A stretch of 15,778 bases of DNA. Origin: an uncultured Erysipelotrichaceae bacterium (GTDB lineage: Bacteria > Bacillota_I > Bacilli_A > Erysipelotrichales > Erysipelotrichaceae). This document shows, piece by piece, positions 1-8,427 of this stretch. The stretch is taken from the NCBI GenBank assembly GCA_964457525.1, contig CAYWGS010000028.1:1-15778 (forward strand), read 5' to 3'. The stretch's first letter is position 1, and each line of letters starts with the position of its first letter. The notes under the pieces were generated by a model that worked only from the letters and a program-made list of their open reading frames with translations, made no database searches and had not been told where the DNA came from. The position numbers and the translations under genes are program-made.

Positions 1-1
1 A

Positions 2-601
2 TTATTACCTTCGATTCTTTTTGTTATTCTTAATCAACAATTTAATCTTACTATCGCAATCGCAGGATCTTTGATATTTGTCCTATTTACTTTAATACGA
101 AGATTATTGTTAAAAGATAATATTAAATACAGTTTATTTGGCTTAGTCTCGCTTTTATTCGCTAGTATTTTAGCCATTTTAACCAATAATCCAAATACCT
201 ATTTCTTACCTGATTTACTCACCAATCTATTAATTGCTTTAGCGAGTCTAATCTCATTTATCCTACATAAACCAATTGCAGCATATGCGAGTCATTTAAC
301 ACGTTCATGGCCACTTGATTGGTTTTGGAGAAATGATATTAAGCCTGCCTATCAAGAAGTTAGCTTTATTTGGTTTATTTTCTTTGGGTTAAAATCAATG
401 ATCCAAATTAGTAATCTACTAGGATCGAATATCAACTTAGGCTTTATCAATCTATTATTAGGCTTTCCTTTTACCCTATTTGTGATGAGTATTAGTTATA
501 TCTATGGTATTATTCGATTGAAACAACTTAAAGGTCCGAGTGTGGAAGAATTTATCTTAAAGAAGGAAGCTCCATACAAAGGACAAACCAAAGGTTTTTA
601 G
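2..601 (+). CDS. Polytopic integral membrane protein of unknown function, 5'-truncated by the window edge (DUF3159-like or septation-protein-A-like; family assignment tentative)
   Basis: The track ORF is 71..601 with a TTG start. I translated the same frame by hand from nt 2 (LLPSILFVILNQQFNLTIAIAGS...). It is stop-free and hydrophobic, and no SD precedes nt 71, so the gene most likely starts upstream of the window. The product has several hydrophobic helices plus a short charged C-terminal tail (KKEAPYKGQTKGF). Confidence 0.6.
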   Translation, partial: LLPSILFVILNQQFNLTIAIAGSLIFVLFTLIRRLLLKDNIKYSLFGLVSLLFASILAILTNNPNTYFLPDLLTNLLIALASLISFILHKPIAAYASHLTRSWPLDWFWRNDIKPAYQEVSFIWFIFFGLKSMIQISNLLGSNINLGFINLLLGFPFTLFVMSISYIYGIIRLKQLKGPSVEEFILKKEAPYKGQTKGF

Positions 602-630
602 TTAATGTTGAAATCTTAACAATTATTTAA

Positions 631-660
631 TTTACTTAAGTACTCAATGAGGTTTAAAAT
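631..660 (+). promoter_or_regulatory. Candidate sigma-A promoter for the ABC ATPase/permease operon
   Basis: TTTACT (631..636), 18 nt spacer, TAAAAT (655..660), lying about 30 nt upstream of the ATG at 689. The genome is AT-rich, so -10-like hexamers are frequent and the call is moderate only. Confidence 0.4.
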
Positions 661-688
661 AGTATCTTAATAAGAAGAGTAGGTCCAT

Positions 689-1396
689 ATGCGAAAAATA
701 TTAGAATTTAAAAACGTAACAAAAGAATATCAAATAGGTGAAATAAAAATTCAAGCACTAAAAGGTGTTGATTTTGAGATAAACGAAGGAGAGTTTGTTG
801 TTATTTTGGGGGCATCGGGTGCTGGTAAGTCGACCATCCTAAATCTATTAGGTGGAATGGATCGTGCGAGCTCTGGCAATATTATTGTGGAAGATGTGAA
901 CATCGAAGACTTTAATGATCGAGAACTCACACAATATCGTAGAAATAAAGTGGGATTTGTTTTCCAATTCTATAATCTCGTCAATAATCTAACAGCGTTA
1001 GAGAATGTGGAATTTGCCTCATCGATTAAAAAAGATAGTTTAGATCCAAAAGAAATCATCGAAAAAGTTGGTTTAAGTCATCGAATGAATAACTTCCCAA
1101 CTCAACTATCTGGGGGTGAACAACAACGTGTTGCGATTGCACGCGCTATAGCGAAAAATCCTTTGTTGTTATTGTGTGATGAACCAACCGGTGCACTTGA
1201 TGATGTGACGGGTAGAAGTATCTTAAGCTTATTGGATGATCTAAACCGTGATTTTAATAAAACAATTGTTCTTATTACACATAACGCTCAGATATCAGAA
1301 ATGGCTGATAAAGTTATTCATGTGCGTAATGGAATCATTGATTCAATCCATATTGTAGAAAATCGTAAACGTGTAGTGGAGATTGATTGGCAATGA
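689..1396 (+). CDS. ABC transporter ATP-binding protein, MacB/LolD/FtsE-like (type VII ABC) family
   Basis: Walker A GASGAGKST, Q-loop FVFQFYNL, signature LSGGEQQRVAIARA, Walker B LLLCDEPTGALD, H-loop LITHN. At 235 aa it is a stand-alone NBD. Its stop overlaps the start of the downstream FtsX-type permease. Confidence 0.95.
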   Translation: MRKILEFKNVTKEYQIGEIKIQALKGVDFEINEGEFVVILGASGAGKSTILNLLGGMDRASSGNIIVEDVNIEDFNDRELTQYRRNKVGFVFQFYNLVNNLTALENVEFASSIKKDSLDPKEIIEKVGLSHRMNNFPTQLSGGEQQRVAIARAIAKNPLLLLCDEPTGALDDVTGRSILSLLDDLNRDFNKTIVLITHNAQISEMADKVIHVRNGIIDSIHIVENRKRVVEIDWQ

Positions 1397-4356
1397 AGTA
1401 TTTAATTAAGCGTACGATACGAATCATTGGTAATACATTGACTCAGTTTCTCGCGATTATCCTTATTATTGCGATCGGTAGTTTAATTTTCACTGGATTA
1501 TTAAGTACAATTCGTATTCTAGACACATGGGTTGATGATTACTATACTACCAATAAACTCGCCAATGCATGGATTTATGTTGATGGGGTAGATCAAACCG
1601 AAATAGATGAACTCAATAAACAATACCCTGACTTAAGTTTAGAAGGCCGTTATACCTTCAAAACTGATAGTGTATTAAATGGTCAATCCGTTCATTATGT
1701 TTTCTTAAGTGAAACAGAGATTAATGAAGTACAAATCATAAGTGGTAATAAACGAATCGATTCTACACATGTCATTGTGGATGAGAGTTTCGCAAATGAA
1801 AACAATCTTGAACTTGGTTCAACTTTTAACGTTAAACTCAATCAAGACTATGAGTTTACCGTAAGTGCATTATTCCAAAGTCCAGAATTTAGTTATAAAT
1901 CAAAAGACAACTCCGATGGCGCAAGTAATAAGTCTGGGGTTGGAGTTATATATGTTAGTGAAGAAGTAATCATCCAAATGCTTAGACAAACAGATGATTA
2001 TCTCGATGCAGAAATTGAGATTAAAGATAAATTAAAAGAAGCACAAATTGAACTTGATGATGCGTATCAAACACTTTTGCGTGAACAAAAGAATTTTAAT
2101 CGTGAAAAGATTGATGTTTATGCAGAACTTGATCAGAATAAACAGGATTTACTCGATAAGAGAGATGAAGTTTATAACCAACAAATATTGCTCAATCAAA
2201 ATAAAGTGGATATTGCGAATGGATTAGTCATGATTGATCAAGGAATTACTCAAACCAATGCATATTTTGATGGTTTATTAGCACCTCTACATCAACAACT
2301 TCAAACATTAAATGATAATCCTGGATTACCCAATCAAACAGAATGGGATGCGGCTGTATTGCTTGTCCAAACCAATATTGATCAAATTAATAGTTTGAAA
2401 CAAGTCGAATTAGATAAACTTTATACTCAACAAGCTTCTCTTTTAGAATCACAGAAACAAGTTCAAAGAGGGATTGCATTAGTCAATGATGGATTAATTC
2501 AAATCGAAGATGGATTAAAAAAGATTGATGATGGATATGTTACAGCGGATAAAGAATTTAAAAAAGCTGAGAAATTACTTAGAGATGGATTTAAAGAATA
2601 TGAAGAGGGTTTAGAAGAATTTAATCAAGAGAAAGCGGATGCGTATCAGAAACTTGATGATTCTGTACTTAATTATTATGAAATCTTAGTATCTGGAACA
2701 CATACGGATAAAATTGAAGAAGATATTAAGCAAGATGATCGATTTGTGTATTGGCTGGATCGTGCAACTTATCCAGGTAATGCGATGTTAGAGAATATCT
2801 TAAGACCGATTAAGGTAATGACTTTAATCTTCCCAGCGTTATTCTTTGTGGTTGCGGCTGTATTGATTCTAATCACAATGTCAAAGATGGTTGAACATGA
2901 TCGTACACAAGTTGCGATTATGAAGGCTTTAGGATTATCGACACAAACGATTCGATTAAGTTACCTATTGTATGGTTGGGTAGCTGCTCTTAGTGGATCA
3001 CTTATCTTTGGTTATTTTGGTAATTGGTTAATTCCAGTTGTCTTATTGAACATATTTACAACTCGTTTTAGTATTCCTACAATACCAATTACCTTCTATC
3101 ATGACCTAAGCTTATATGCGATTTTATTATCGTTATTCTTTGCGAGTATCGCAATTCTATTAGCGCTTCGTTCTGTATTGAAGGAGACACCTTCACAAGG
3201 TTTACGACCTAAACCACCTAAGAATGCTCGACGATCATTCTTGGAAAAGAATAAGACAATTTGGAGTAAGTTTAGCTATGCACACAAGTTGATGATACGT
3301 AACTTAACGGTTGGTAGAGTTAAAATCATATTGAGTTCTATTGGGGTTGTTGGAGCACTTGCTTTATTGATTATTGGGATTACCTTACAGAATTCCGCGA
3401 ATCTAACGATTAAGAATACAGTTGGTTCATATGATTTTGATGCAAGTATTCAAATAGTAGATGAAATACCATTTGGAGAGATACCAGACTTACCAATTAA
3501 ATTAAGTAATATTGAAGCATATAAACAAGTCAGTGCAGATTTTGGGGATCAGATTATTCAGTTAACGGCATTAGAGAATCATCAAGAACTCTTGAAGATG
3601 AAGGATGTTAAGAACAACTTAATTGAAATTGAATCCAATACTGTGATTATTCCACAAAGCTTTGCGATATTGAATGATTTAGAAGTTGGGGATACTTTGA
3701 GTTTCGAGATCGATGAAGAAGTTTATTCTTTAATTATTACGGATATTAATAATGAGTATTTGGGTAAAACTGTTACGATGAGTATTGATCAATTTAATCG
3801 ATTAGGTATTGAATCAGAAACAAACAAGTTTTACATTAAGACACAATCCGAATATAGTGAATCGATAAAAGAACAATTAATCGATACAGAATTAGTTGAG
3901 TCTGTTGATTCAAAGATTAATATCATAAACAAATCCAATGAAATGTTATCGATGTTAAACCAAGTTATCCTTATCATATTAATTGCGTCATTCGCCTTAA
4001 CCTCAACCGTCATCTATAACCTAGCATCCATTAACATTGTTGAGAGAGAACGTGAAATCGCAACACTCCGTGTATTGGGTTACACACATCGTGAAGTTAA
4101 ACGTTTAATCAATACGGAGAACTATGTATTATTGAGTTTAGGGACACTATTTGGTGTTCCTGTGGGTATCTTCTTATCCCAATGGATATCACATATGGTG
4201 TCTACTCAAGAGTTTTATATGCCAGATGTGATTGAACCACAAAGTATTATAATTTCAGTTAGTATTGCGTTTGTAATTACGTTTATTACTAACTTAATCT
4301 TAGAAGTAAAGATACGTCGTATACAGCTTGTAGAGTCATTAAAAGCGGTTGAATAA
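1387..4356 (+). CDS. Fused double-FtsX (MacB-type) ABC permease, 989 aa, with a coiled-coil insertion in the first extracytoplasmic domain
   Basis: There are two [TM + large extracytoplasmic domain + 3-TM FtsX module] halves. The FtsX modules lie at about res 476-600 and 856-975, with typical ...MKALGLS... and ...LRVLGYT... amphipathic helices after the first TM of each module. The start is ambiguous: TTG at 1387 (GGAG at 1378..1381, 5 nt spacing) or ATG at 1393, which forms an ATGA overlap with the ATPase stop at 1394..1396. Either way the two genes are translationally coupled. Confidence 0.9.
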   Translation: MAMKYLIKRTIRIIGNTLTQFLAIILIIAIGSLIFTGLLSTIRILDTWVDDYYTTNKLANAWIYVDGVDQTEIDELNKQYPDLSLEGRYTFKTDSVLNGQSVHYVFLSETEINEVQIISGNKRIDSTHVIVDESFANENNLELGSTFNVKLNQDYEFTVSALFQSPEFSYKSKDNSDGASNKSGVGVIYVSEEVIIQMLRQTDDYLDAEIEIKDKLKEAQIELDDAYQTLLREQKNFNREKIDVYAELDQNKQDLLDKRDEVYNQQILLNQNKVDIANGLVMIDQGITQTNAYFDGLLAPLHQQLQTLNDNPGLPNQTEWDAAVLLVQTNIDQINSLKQVELDKLYTQQASLLESQKQVQRGIALVNDGLIQIEDGLKKIDDGYVTADKEFKKAEKLLRDGFKEYEEGLEEFNQEKADAYQKLDDSVLNYYEILVSGTHTDKIEEDIKQDDRFVYWLDRATYPGNAMLENILRPIKVMTLIFPALFFVVAAVLILITMSKMVEHDRTQVAIMKALGLSTQTIRLSYLLYGWVAALSGSLIFGYFGNWLIPVVLLNIFTTRFSIPTIPITFYHDLSLYAILLSLFFASIAILLALRSVLKETPSQGLRPKPPKNARRSFLEKNKTIWSKFSYAHKLMIRNLTVGRVKIILSSIGVVGALALLIIGITLQNSANLTIKNTVGSYDFDASIQIVDEIPFGEIPDLPIKLSNIEAYKQVSADFGDQIIQLTALENHQELLKMKDVKNNLIEIESNTVIIPQSFAILNDLEVGDTLSFEIDEEVYSLIITDINNEYLGKTVTMSIDQFNRLGIESETNKFYIKTQSEYSESIKEQLIDTELVESVDSKINIINKSNEMLSMLNQVILIILIASFALTSTVIYNLASINIVEREREIATLRVLGYTHREVKRLINTENYVLLSLGTLFGVPVGIFLSQWISHMVSTQEFYMPDVIEPQSIIISVSIAFVITFITNLILEVKIRRIQLVESLKAVE
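2488..2550 (+). repeat. Three in-frame tandem 21-nt units encoding xxx(L/I)xxG-type heptads inside the permease coiled-coil region
   Basis: Units start at 2488, 2509 and 2530: GATGGATTAATTCAAATCGAA / GATGGATTAAAAAAGATTGAT / GATGGATATGTTACAGCGGAT. They encode DGLIQIE / DGLKKID / DGYVTAD. This is a coding-sequence periodicity, not an independent element. Confidence 0.7.
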
Positions 4357-4383
4357 AAAGTTTCACTTATGTGAAATTTTTTT
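4357..4383 (+). terminator. Rho-independent terminator after the ABC permease
   Basis: Stem TTTCAC (4361..4366), loop TTAT, stem GTGAAA (4371..4376), extendable through the flanking A-run and T-run with one G:T wobble. It is followed by a run of 7 T (4377..4383) and sits immediately after the TAA stop at 4354..4356. Confidence 0.75.
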
Positions 4384-4414
4384 ATGGCTTATAATAGATG
4401 TGTAGGAGGAATCT

Positions 4415-4936
4415 ATGTACAAGATAAATGATATTGTTTCATACCAAAATTATGGTGTTTGTCGAATTGTGGATATAAAGTCACTATCGATCATGAATCA
4501 GAAGCCAAGAAAATATTACTTCTTACATCAGCTTTACGATAAATGTGACAGTACAATTATCAAGATTCCAGTTGATACAACAAACATAATTCGTCCAATT
4601 ATGACTAAAGAAGAAGTCTTTAAGATAATCGAATTCATGAAAGATTTAGAACATGACTGGATCAAGGATATAAGACATCGAGAAGTCCAATTTAAAGCAT
4701 TGATTGATTCATGGGAAGCAGAGAACTGGGCTAAGGTAATCAAATCAATCTATGTAGCCAAAGAAGAAAATCGAGCACAAGATAAACATAAATCATTTCC
4801 ACTCGTGGATACAAAGTATTTCGAACGAGCAGAAAATTTCTTTAATCAAGAAGTTGCCTATGCCTTAGATATTGATATTAAGGAAGTTCCAAATACCATA
4901 CTCAAACTAATTCAAACAAAAAGCGGTTCGAACTGA
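4415..4936 (+). CDS. CarD/CdnL-family RNA polymerase-binding transcription factor (CarD_CdnL_TRCF N-terminal domain)
   Basis: The N-terminus MYKINDIVSYQNYGVCRIVDIK... matches the Tudor-like RNAP-interacting domain pattern of CarD/TRCF. The helical C-terminal half carries the ...HDW-IKDIRHRE... segment. A perfect AGGAGG SD (4404..4409) lies 5 nt before the ATG. Confidence 0.85.
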   Translation: MYKINDIVSYQNYGVCRIVDIKSLSIMNQKPRKYYFLHQLYDKCDSTIIKIPVDTTNIIRPIMTKEEVFKIIEFMKDLEHDWIKDIRHREVQFKALIDSWEAENWAKVIKSIYVAKEENRAQDKHKSFPLVDTKYFERAENFFNQEVAYALDIDIKEVPNTILKLIQTKSGSN

Positions 4937-4946
4937 ACCGCTTTTA
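4918..4946. terminator. Bidirectional Rho-independent terminator shared by convergent genes
   Basis: AGCGGTTC (4922..4929), loop GAACT, GAACCGCT (4935..4942), an 8-bp GC-rich stem flanked by an A-run on the left and TTTT on the right. It lies between the CarD-like stop (4934..4936, inside the hairpin) and the minus-strand ABC stop (4947..4949). Confidence 0.8.
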
Positions 4947-6722
4947 TTATGCGAATTGTGCCATATATAAATGATAATAATGACCTTTCTTTAACATCAG
5001 TTCATCGTGAGAACCTTGTTCGACAATATTTCCATCGTGAACGACAAGAATGATATCCGCATTAATAATTGTACTTAATCGATGCGCAATAACGAAACAT
5101 GTTTTACCAGCCATGAGTTTTTTCATCGCTGATTGTATTCGTTTTTCAGTTAATGTATCTACATTTGATGTGGCTTCATCCAAGATAATCATAGGTTTAT
5201 TCGCCAACATTGCGCGTGCGATGGTAATGAGTTGTCTTTGACCTTTGGATAAGTTAACACCATCATCGGTAACCAAGGTATCATACCCATCCTTACATCG
5301 TTCGATAAAATTATGGATATGAACTTCTTTTGCGATGCGTATGACATCTTCTTTTGTCGCATGTTCGTTTCCATAGATTAGATTTTCATAGATAGATCCA
5401 TGGAATAGCCAAGAATCTTGAAGTACCATTGAAAACTTGGTTCGAAGTTGATTGAGTGTTAATTTTGAAATATCATTCCCATCTACTCGTATTATTCCAG
5501 AATCAGGTTGATAGAAACGCATGATTAAATTAATGAGGGTTGTTTTACCAGCGCCTGTTGGTCCAACAATCGCAACCAAACTACCAGCTTTAACCTCTAA
5601 ATTAACATCCTTCAATACCGGTTTATTTGGAAGATAACTGAAATTAACATGTTCAAACTGTACATCACCTTGTACATCATCATTAAGTTCAATGGATGTT
5701 TGAACATCGACTTCAATCGGTTCATTCAGTACTCTAAATACACGTTCTGCTGCAGCTAAAGTAGATTGGAGTTCCGCTATCATATTAGCAGCTTCACTAA
5801 TCGGTCCTGAGAACTTACGAGAATATAAGATAAATGAAGAAATATTACCGATCGAAATCATATTTACTAAATAAAGAATTGATCCAAACACGGAGATAAG
5901 GGTTAATGAAATATTATTAATAAAACCAACGGTAGGACCCACAATACTTCCATAATAATCCGCTTTATAGTAGGCTTCAGATGCTTCATAATTCTTCTCT
6001 TTAAAACTAGAATACATGGTGTCTTGTTGGGAATATGCCTTTATCGTTTTTAAGCCAGAGAGTGTTTCTTCTACATATCCATTCATATCACCTAATTTAC
6101 GTGAACGTTCTCTAAATAAAGGACGAGTACGTTTAGTGAGGAAGGAGGTTGTTAGGATGGAAAGAGGAATCGTAATAAAGAATACAGTGAGTAGGGGGAG
6201 TGATATCCACAACATCATACCAAATGCCCCAATAACCACAATAAATGATCCAAATAACTGAACAAGATCGGTGGATAATGATGTATTTATCGTATCAATA
6301 TCATAGGAGATTCGACTTAACATATCACCAATCTGATGTTTATCAAAATAACTTACCGGTAAATCTAAGAATTTATCGGATAAGTCTTGTCTCATATTAA
6401 CCACAATCTTTTGACTGATATAAATCATTAAACTGGATAAAGCATACATAAGAACAGAGGATAATACATACACCCCTAACATCCATAAAATATTCTGAAT
6501 TACCATATTCCATACTTGATCACTTGGTTGAGATATCAAATCAATGACATTCCCTGTTAAAAATGGACCTAATAATTGAAGTGCATTGGCACTAATGGTT
6601 AGTACTATCGCCACAACAAACAACCACTTAACATCATTAACATAAGAGAATAACTTTATGAGTGTTTGTTTAGTATCTTGAGGTTTCTCAATGACGGATG
6701 GACTAATTGATTTACGTGTCAT
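4947..6722 (-). CDS. ABC exporter half-transporter (TMD-NBD fusion, type I exporter), the subunit with the consensus ATPase site (LmrD/BmrD/EfrD-like role)
   Basis: An N-terminal 6-TM domain is followed by an NBD. Motifs: Walker A GPTGAGKTT, Walker B MIILDEATSNVD (catalytic Glu present), H-loop VIAHRLST, and a non-canonical signature LSKGQ (K493, codon 5244..5246). The start lies 1 nt after the stop of the upstream half-transporter, with GGAGG inside that gene's 3' end. Confidence 0.95.
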   Translation of the reverse strand: MTRKSISPSVIEKPQDTKQTLIKLFSYVNDVKWLFVVAIVLTISANALQLLGPFLTGNVIDLISQPSDQVWNMVIQNILWMLGVYVLSSVLMYALSSLMIYISQKIVVNMRQDLSDKFLDLPVSYFDKHQIGDMLSRISYDIDTINTSLSTDLVQLFGSFIVVIGAFGMMLWISLPLLTVFFITIPLSILTTSFLTKRTRPLFRERSRKLGDMNGYVEETLSGLKTIKAYSQQDTMYSSFKEKNYEASEAYYKADYYGSIVGPTVGFINNISLTLISVFGSILYLVNMISIGNISSFILYSRKFSGPISEAANMIAELQSTLAAAERVFRVLNEPIEVDVQTSIELNDDVQGDVQFEHVNFSYLPNKPVLKDVNLEVKAGSLVAIVGPTGAGKTTLINLIMRFYQPDSGIIRVDGNDISKLTLNQLRTKFSMVLQDSWLFHGSIYENLIYGNEHATKEDVIRIAKEVHIHNFIERCKDGYDTLVTDDGVNLSKGQRQLITIARAMLANKPMIILDEATSNVDTLTEKRIQSAMKKLMAGKTCFVIAHRLSTIINADIILVVHDGNIVEQGSHDELMLKKGHYYHLYMAQFA

Positions 6723-6723
6723 C

Positions 6724-8427
6724 TTAGAGACCTCCTAACTGTAATTGAATGAGTTCTTTATAAAGTTCACAATTCTGTGCTAATTCTTCATGTGTTCCTA
6801 ATCCAACCATTTTGCCATCTTCAATCACTAAAATACAGTCCGCATTGAGAACGGTACTAACTCTTTGGGTGATGAGAATGGTTGTCGCATTAATGTGTTC
6901 TTTTATCGCAGCTCTAAGTTCCGCATCCGTTTTGTAATCTAAAGCACTTGAGGCATCATCCAAAACAATGATTTCAGGATGATTGGCTAAGGCACGTGCA
7001 ATAAGCATACGTTGTTTCTGACCACCTGAGAAATTTGCGCCTTGTCTAAGAACACGTTCATCATAACGATCGTTTAACTGTTCAATAAAGCTTCTTGCTT
7101 GGGCAAGTTCAGAGGCTTCAGTAATGGCTTCAAGATCCATATTTCGACCAAATTGAATATTCTCTTTTACACTAAATGAGAATAAGACATCTTGTTGGAA
7201 GACAACACCAAACTTTCTTCTAAGTTCATTTAAATCATAACTACGAATATCTTGGCCACTTATAAGTATTTGTCCTTCATCAATCTCATAAAACCGAAGT
7301 AATAATTGAGCAATTGTAGACTTACCAGAACCTGTACTACCGATAATACCGAAGGTACTGTTTCGTTTAATACTGAAACTTAGATTATCAATGTCATTTT
7401 TTGTTTGATTATATGAGAAATGAACATTTCTAAATTCGATATGATTCTCAGTTTCAACAGGGGTTTGTTCTAGAAGTTCTACATAGTCATTCTTTTCAAG
7501 AATTTCCATGATTCGATTTGCGCTGGCATTGGCTCTAGAGAACAGTAAGAAAATACGATTAATCGCTAAGAAAGAATTTAGGATCAAACTAAAGTAGGAT
7601 AGGTATGCAATAATCGAACCACTCTTACTTAATCCTTGCATAACTCGACTTGCACCAATATAAACAATCAAAACCAATCCAAGATTTAAAATAAGATTCA
7701 TGAGTGGATTTAGTGAAGCGATGATATATCCTGCAGTTTTTTCTTTCTTGGATACATCTCTATTAACTTTTTCAAATTTATCCTTTTCAAACGATTCTTT
7801 TGCCAACGCTTTAATGACCCGAATACCTGTAATATTTTCTCTTACAACACGAATCAGTTGATCCAGTGAACTTTGAAGACGATCATAGAAGGGAATACTG
7901 ACTTTTGAAATTAGGATAACGACTACTGTAATAACGGGTAATAATGCGATTAAGACGAAAGCTAAAAATGGATCAATAAATAACATCATAACGATACTAC
8001 CAAGAAGCAATATCGGAGCACGTATCCCAATTCTTTGTATGACATTAAACATACGATAGATATGATACGTATCACTTGTCATGCGTGATATAAGCGAAGG
8101 AATGGTAAATTGATCAACCGTACGATTTGAGAAACTCAGTATTTTTGCATAACTATCATTTCTTAAATTCTCAATCGCATCCGATGAAATACGAGCTGCC
8201 ATACGATTGGCTGTTATATTACCTAATAGTGCTAATAGAGAACTGATAAACATGAGTAATCCAAAGATTACGACTGTCGTAATATTCTTTGTTGGGATTA
8301 CTTTATCAATCACATAGGCTAATAACCAAGGAAGGAATAATTCCATGATTGTGGCACTACTCTTGATACTTAAACCAACAAAGATTTGTTTAAGATAGGG
8401 TTTTAGATAGCGTAATATTTTCTTCAT
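6724..8427 (-). CDS. ABC exporter half-transporter (TMD-NBD fusion), the subunit carrying the degenerate ATP site (LmrC/BmrC/EfrC-like role)
   Basis: Walker A GSTGSGKST and a canonical signature FSGGQKQR. Walker B is IIVLDD, with Asp491 (codon 6955..6957) in place of the catalytic Glu. The H-loop His is replaced by Gln521 (ILITQRVST, codon 6865..6867). An ATGA start/stop overlap links it to the upstream marR-type gene. Confidence 0.95.
   Translation of the reverse strand: MKKILRYLKPYLKQIFVGLSIKSSATIMELFLPWLLAYVIDKVIPTKNITTVVIFGLLMFISSLLALLGNITANRMAARISSDAIENLRNDSYAKILSFSNRTVDQFTIPSLISRMTSDTYHIYRMFNVIQRIGIRAPILLLGSIVMMLFIDPFLAFVLIALLPVITVVVILISKVSIPFYDRLQSSLDQLIRVVRENITGIRVIKALAKESFEKDKFEKVNRDVSKKEKTAGYIIASLNPLMNLILNLGLVLIVYIGASRVMQGLSKSGSIIAYLSYFSLILNSFLAINRIFLLFSRANASANRIMEILEKNDYVELLEQTPVETENHIEFRNVHFSYNQTKNDIDNLSFSIKRNSTFGIIGSTGSGKSTIAQLLLRFYEIDEGQILISGQDIRSYDLNELRRKFGVVFQQDVLFSFSVKENIQFGRNMDLEAITEASELAQARSFIEQLNDRYDERVLRQGANFSGGQKQRMLIARALANHPEIIVLDDASSALDYKTDAELRAAIKEHINATTILITQRVSTVLNADCILVIEDGKMVGLGTHEELAQNCELYKELIQLQLGGL

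Noticed and set aside
3831-4013. 60-aa minus-strand ORF
   Set aside because: It lies wholly inside and antisense to the well-supported permease CDS, has no SD, and has low-complexity AT-driven composition.
689-4356. BceAB-type antimicrobial-peptide sensing/detoxification module
   Set aside because: BceB-type permeases are about 620-680 aa with 10 TM, one large loop between TM7 and TM8, and an adjacent two-component system. Here the permease is 989 aa with two large extracytoplasmic domains in a 4+4 TM layout, and no histidine kinase or response regulator is nearby.
4390-4395. TATAAT hexamer as the promoter of the CarD-like gene
   Set aside because: It is a perfect -10, but no acceptable -35 sits at 16-18 nt (TTATGT at best, and inside the upstream terminator). 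The predicted start would also fall only about 2 nt before the SD. It is possible but not supportable from sequence alone.
4534-4743. 69-aa minus-strand ORF
   Set aside because: It is embedded antisense in the CarD-like CDS, with no SD and no recognisable motifs.
5050-6261. Short ORFs at 5050..5241 (+), 5189..5374 (-) and 6016..6261 (+)
   Set aside because: All lie inside the 591-aa ABC half-transporter gene, either antisense or in an alternative frame. The ABC frame carries complete Walker, signature and H-loop motifs, so these are shadow ORFs.
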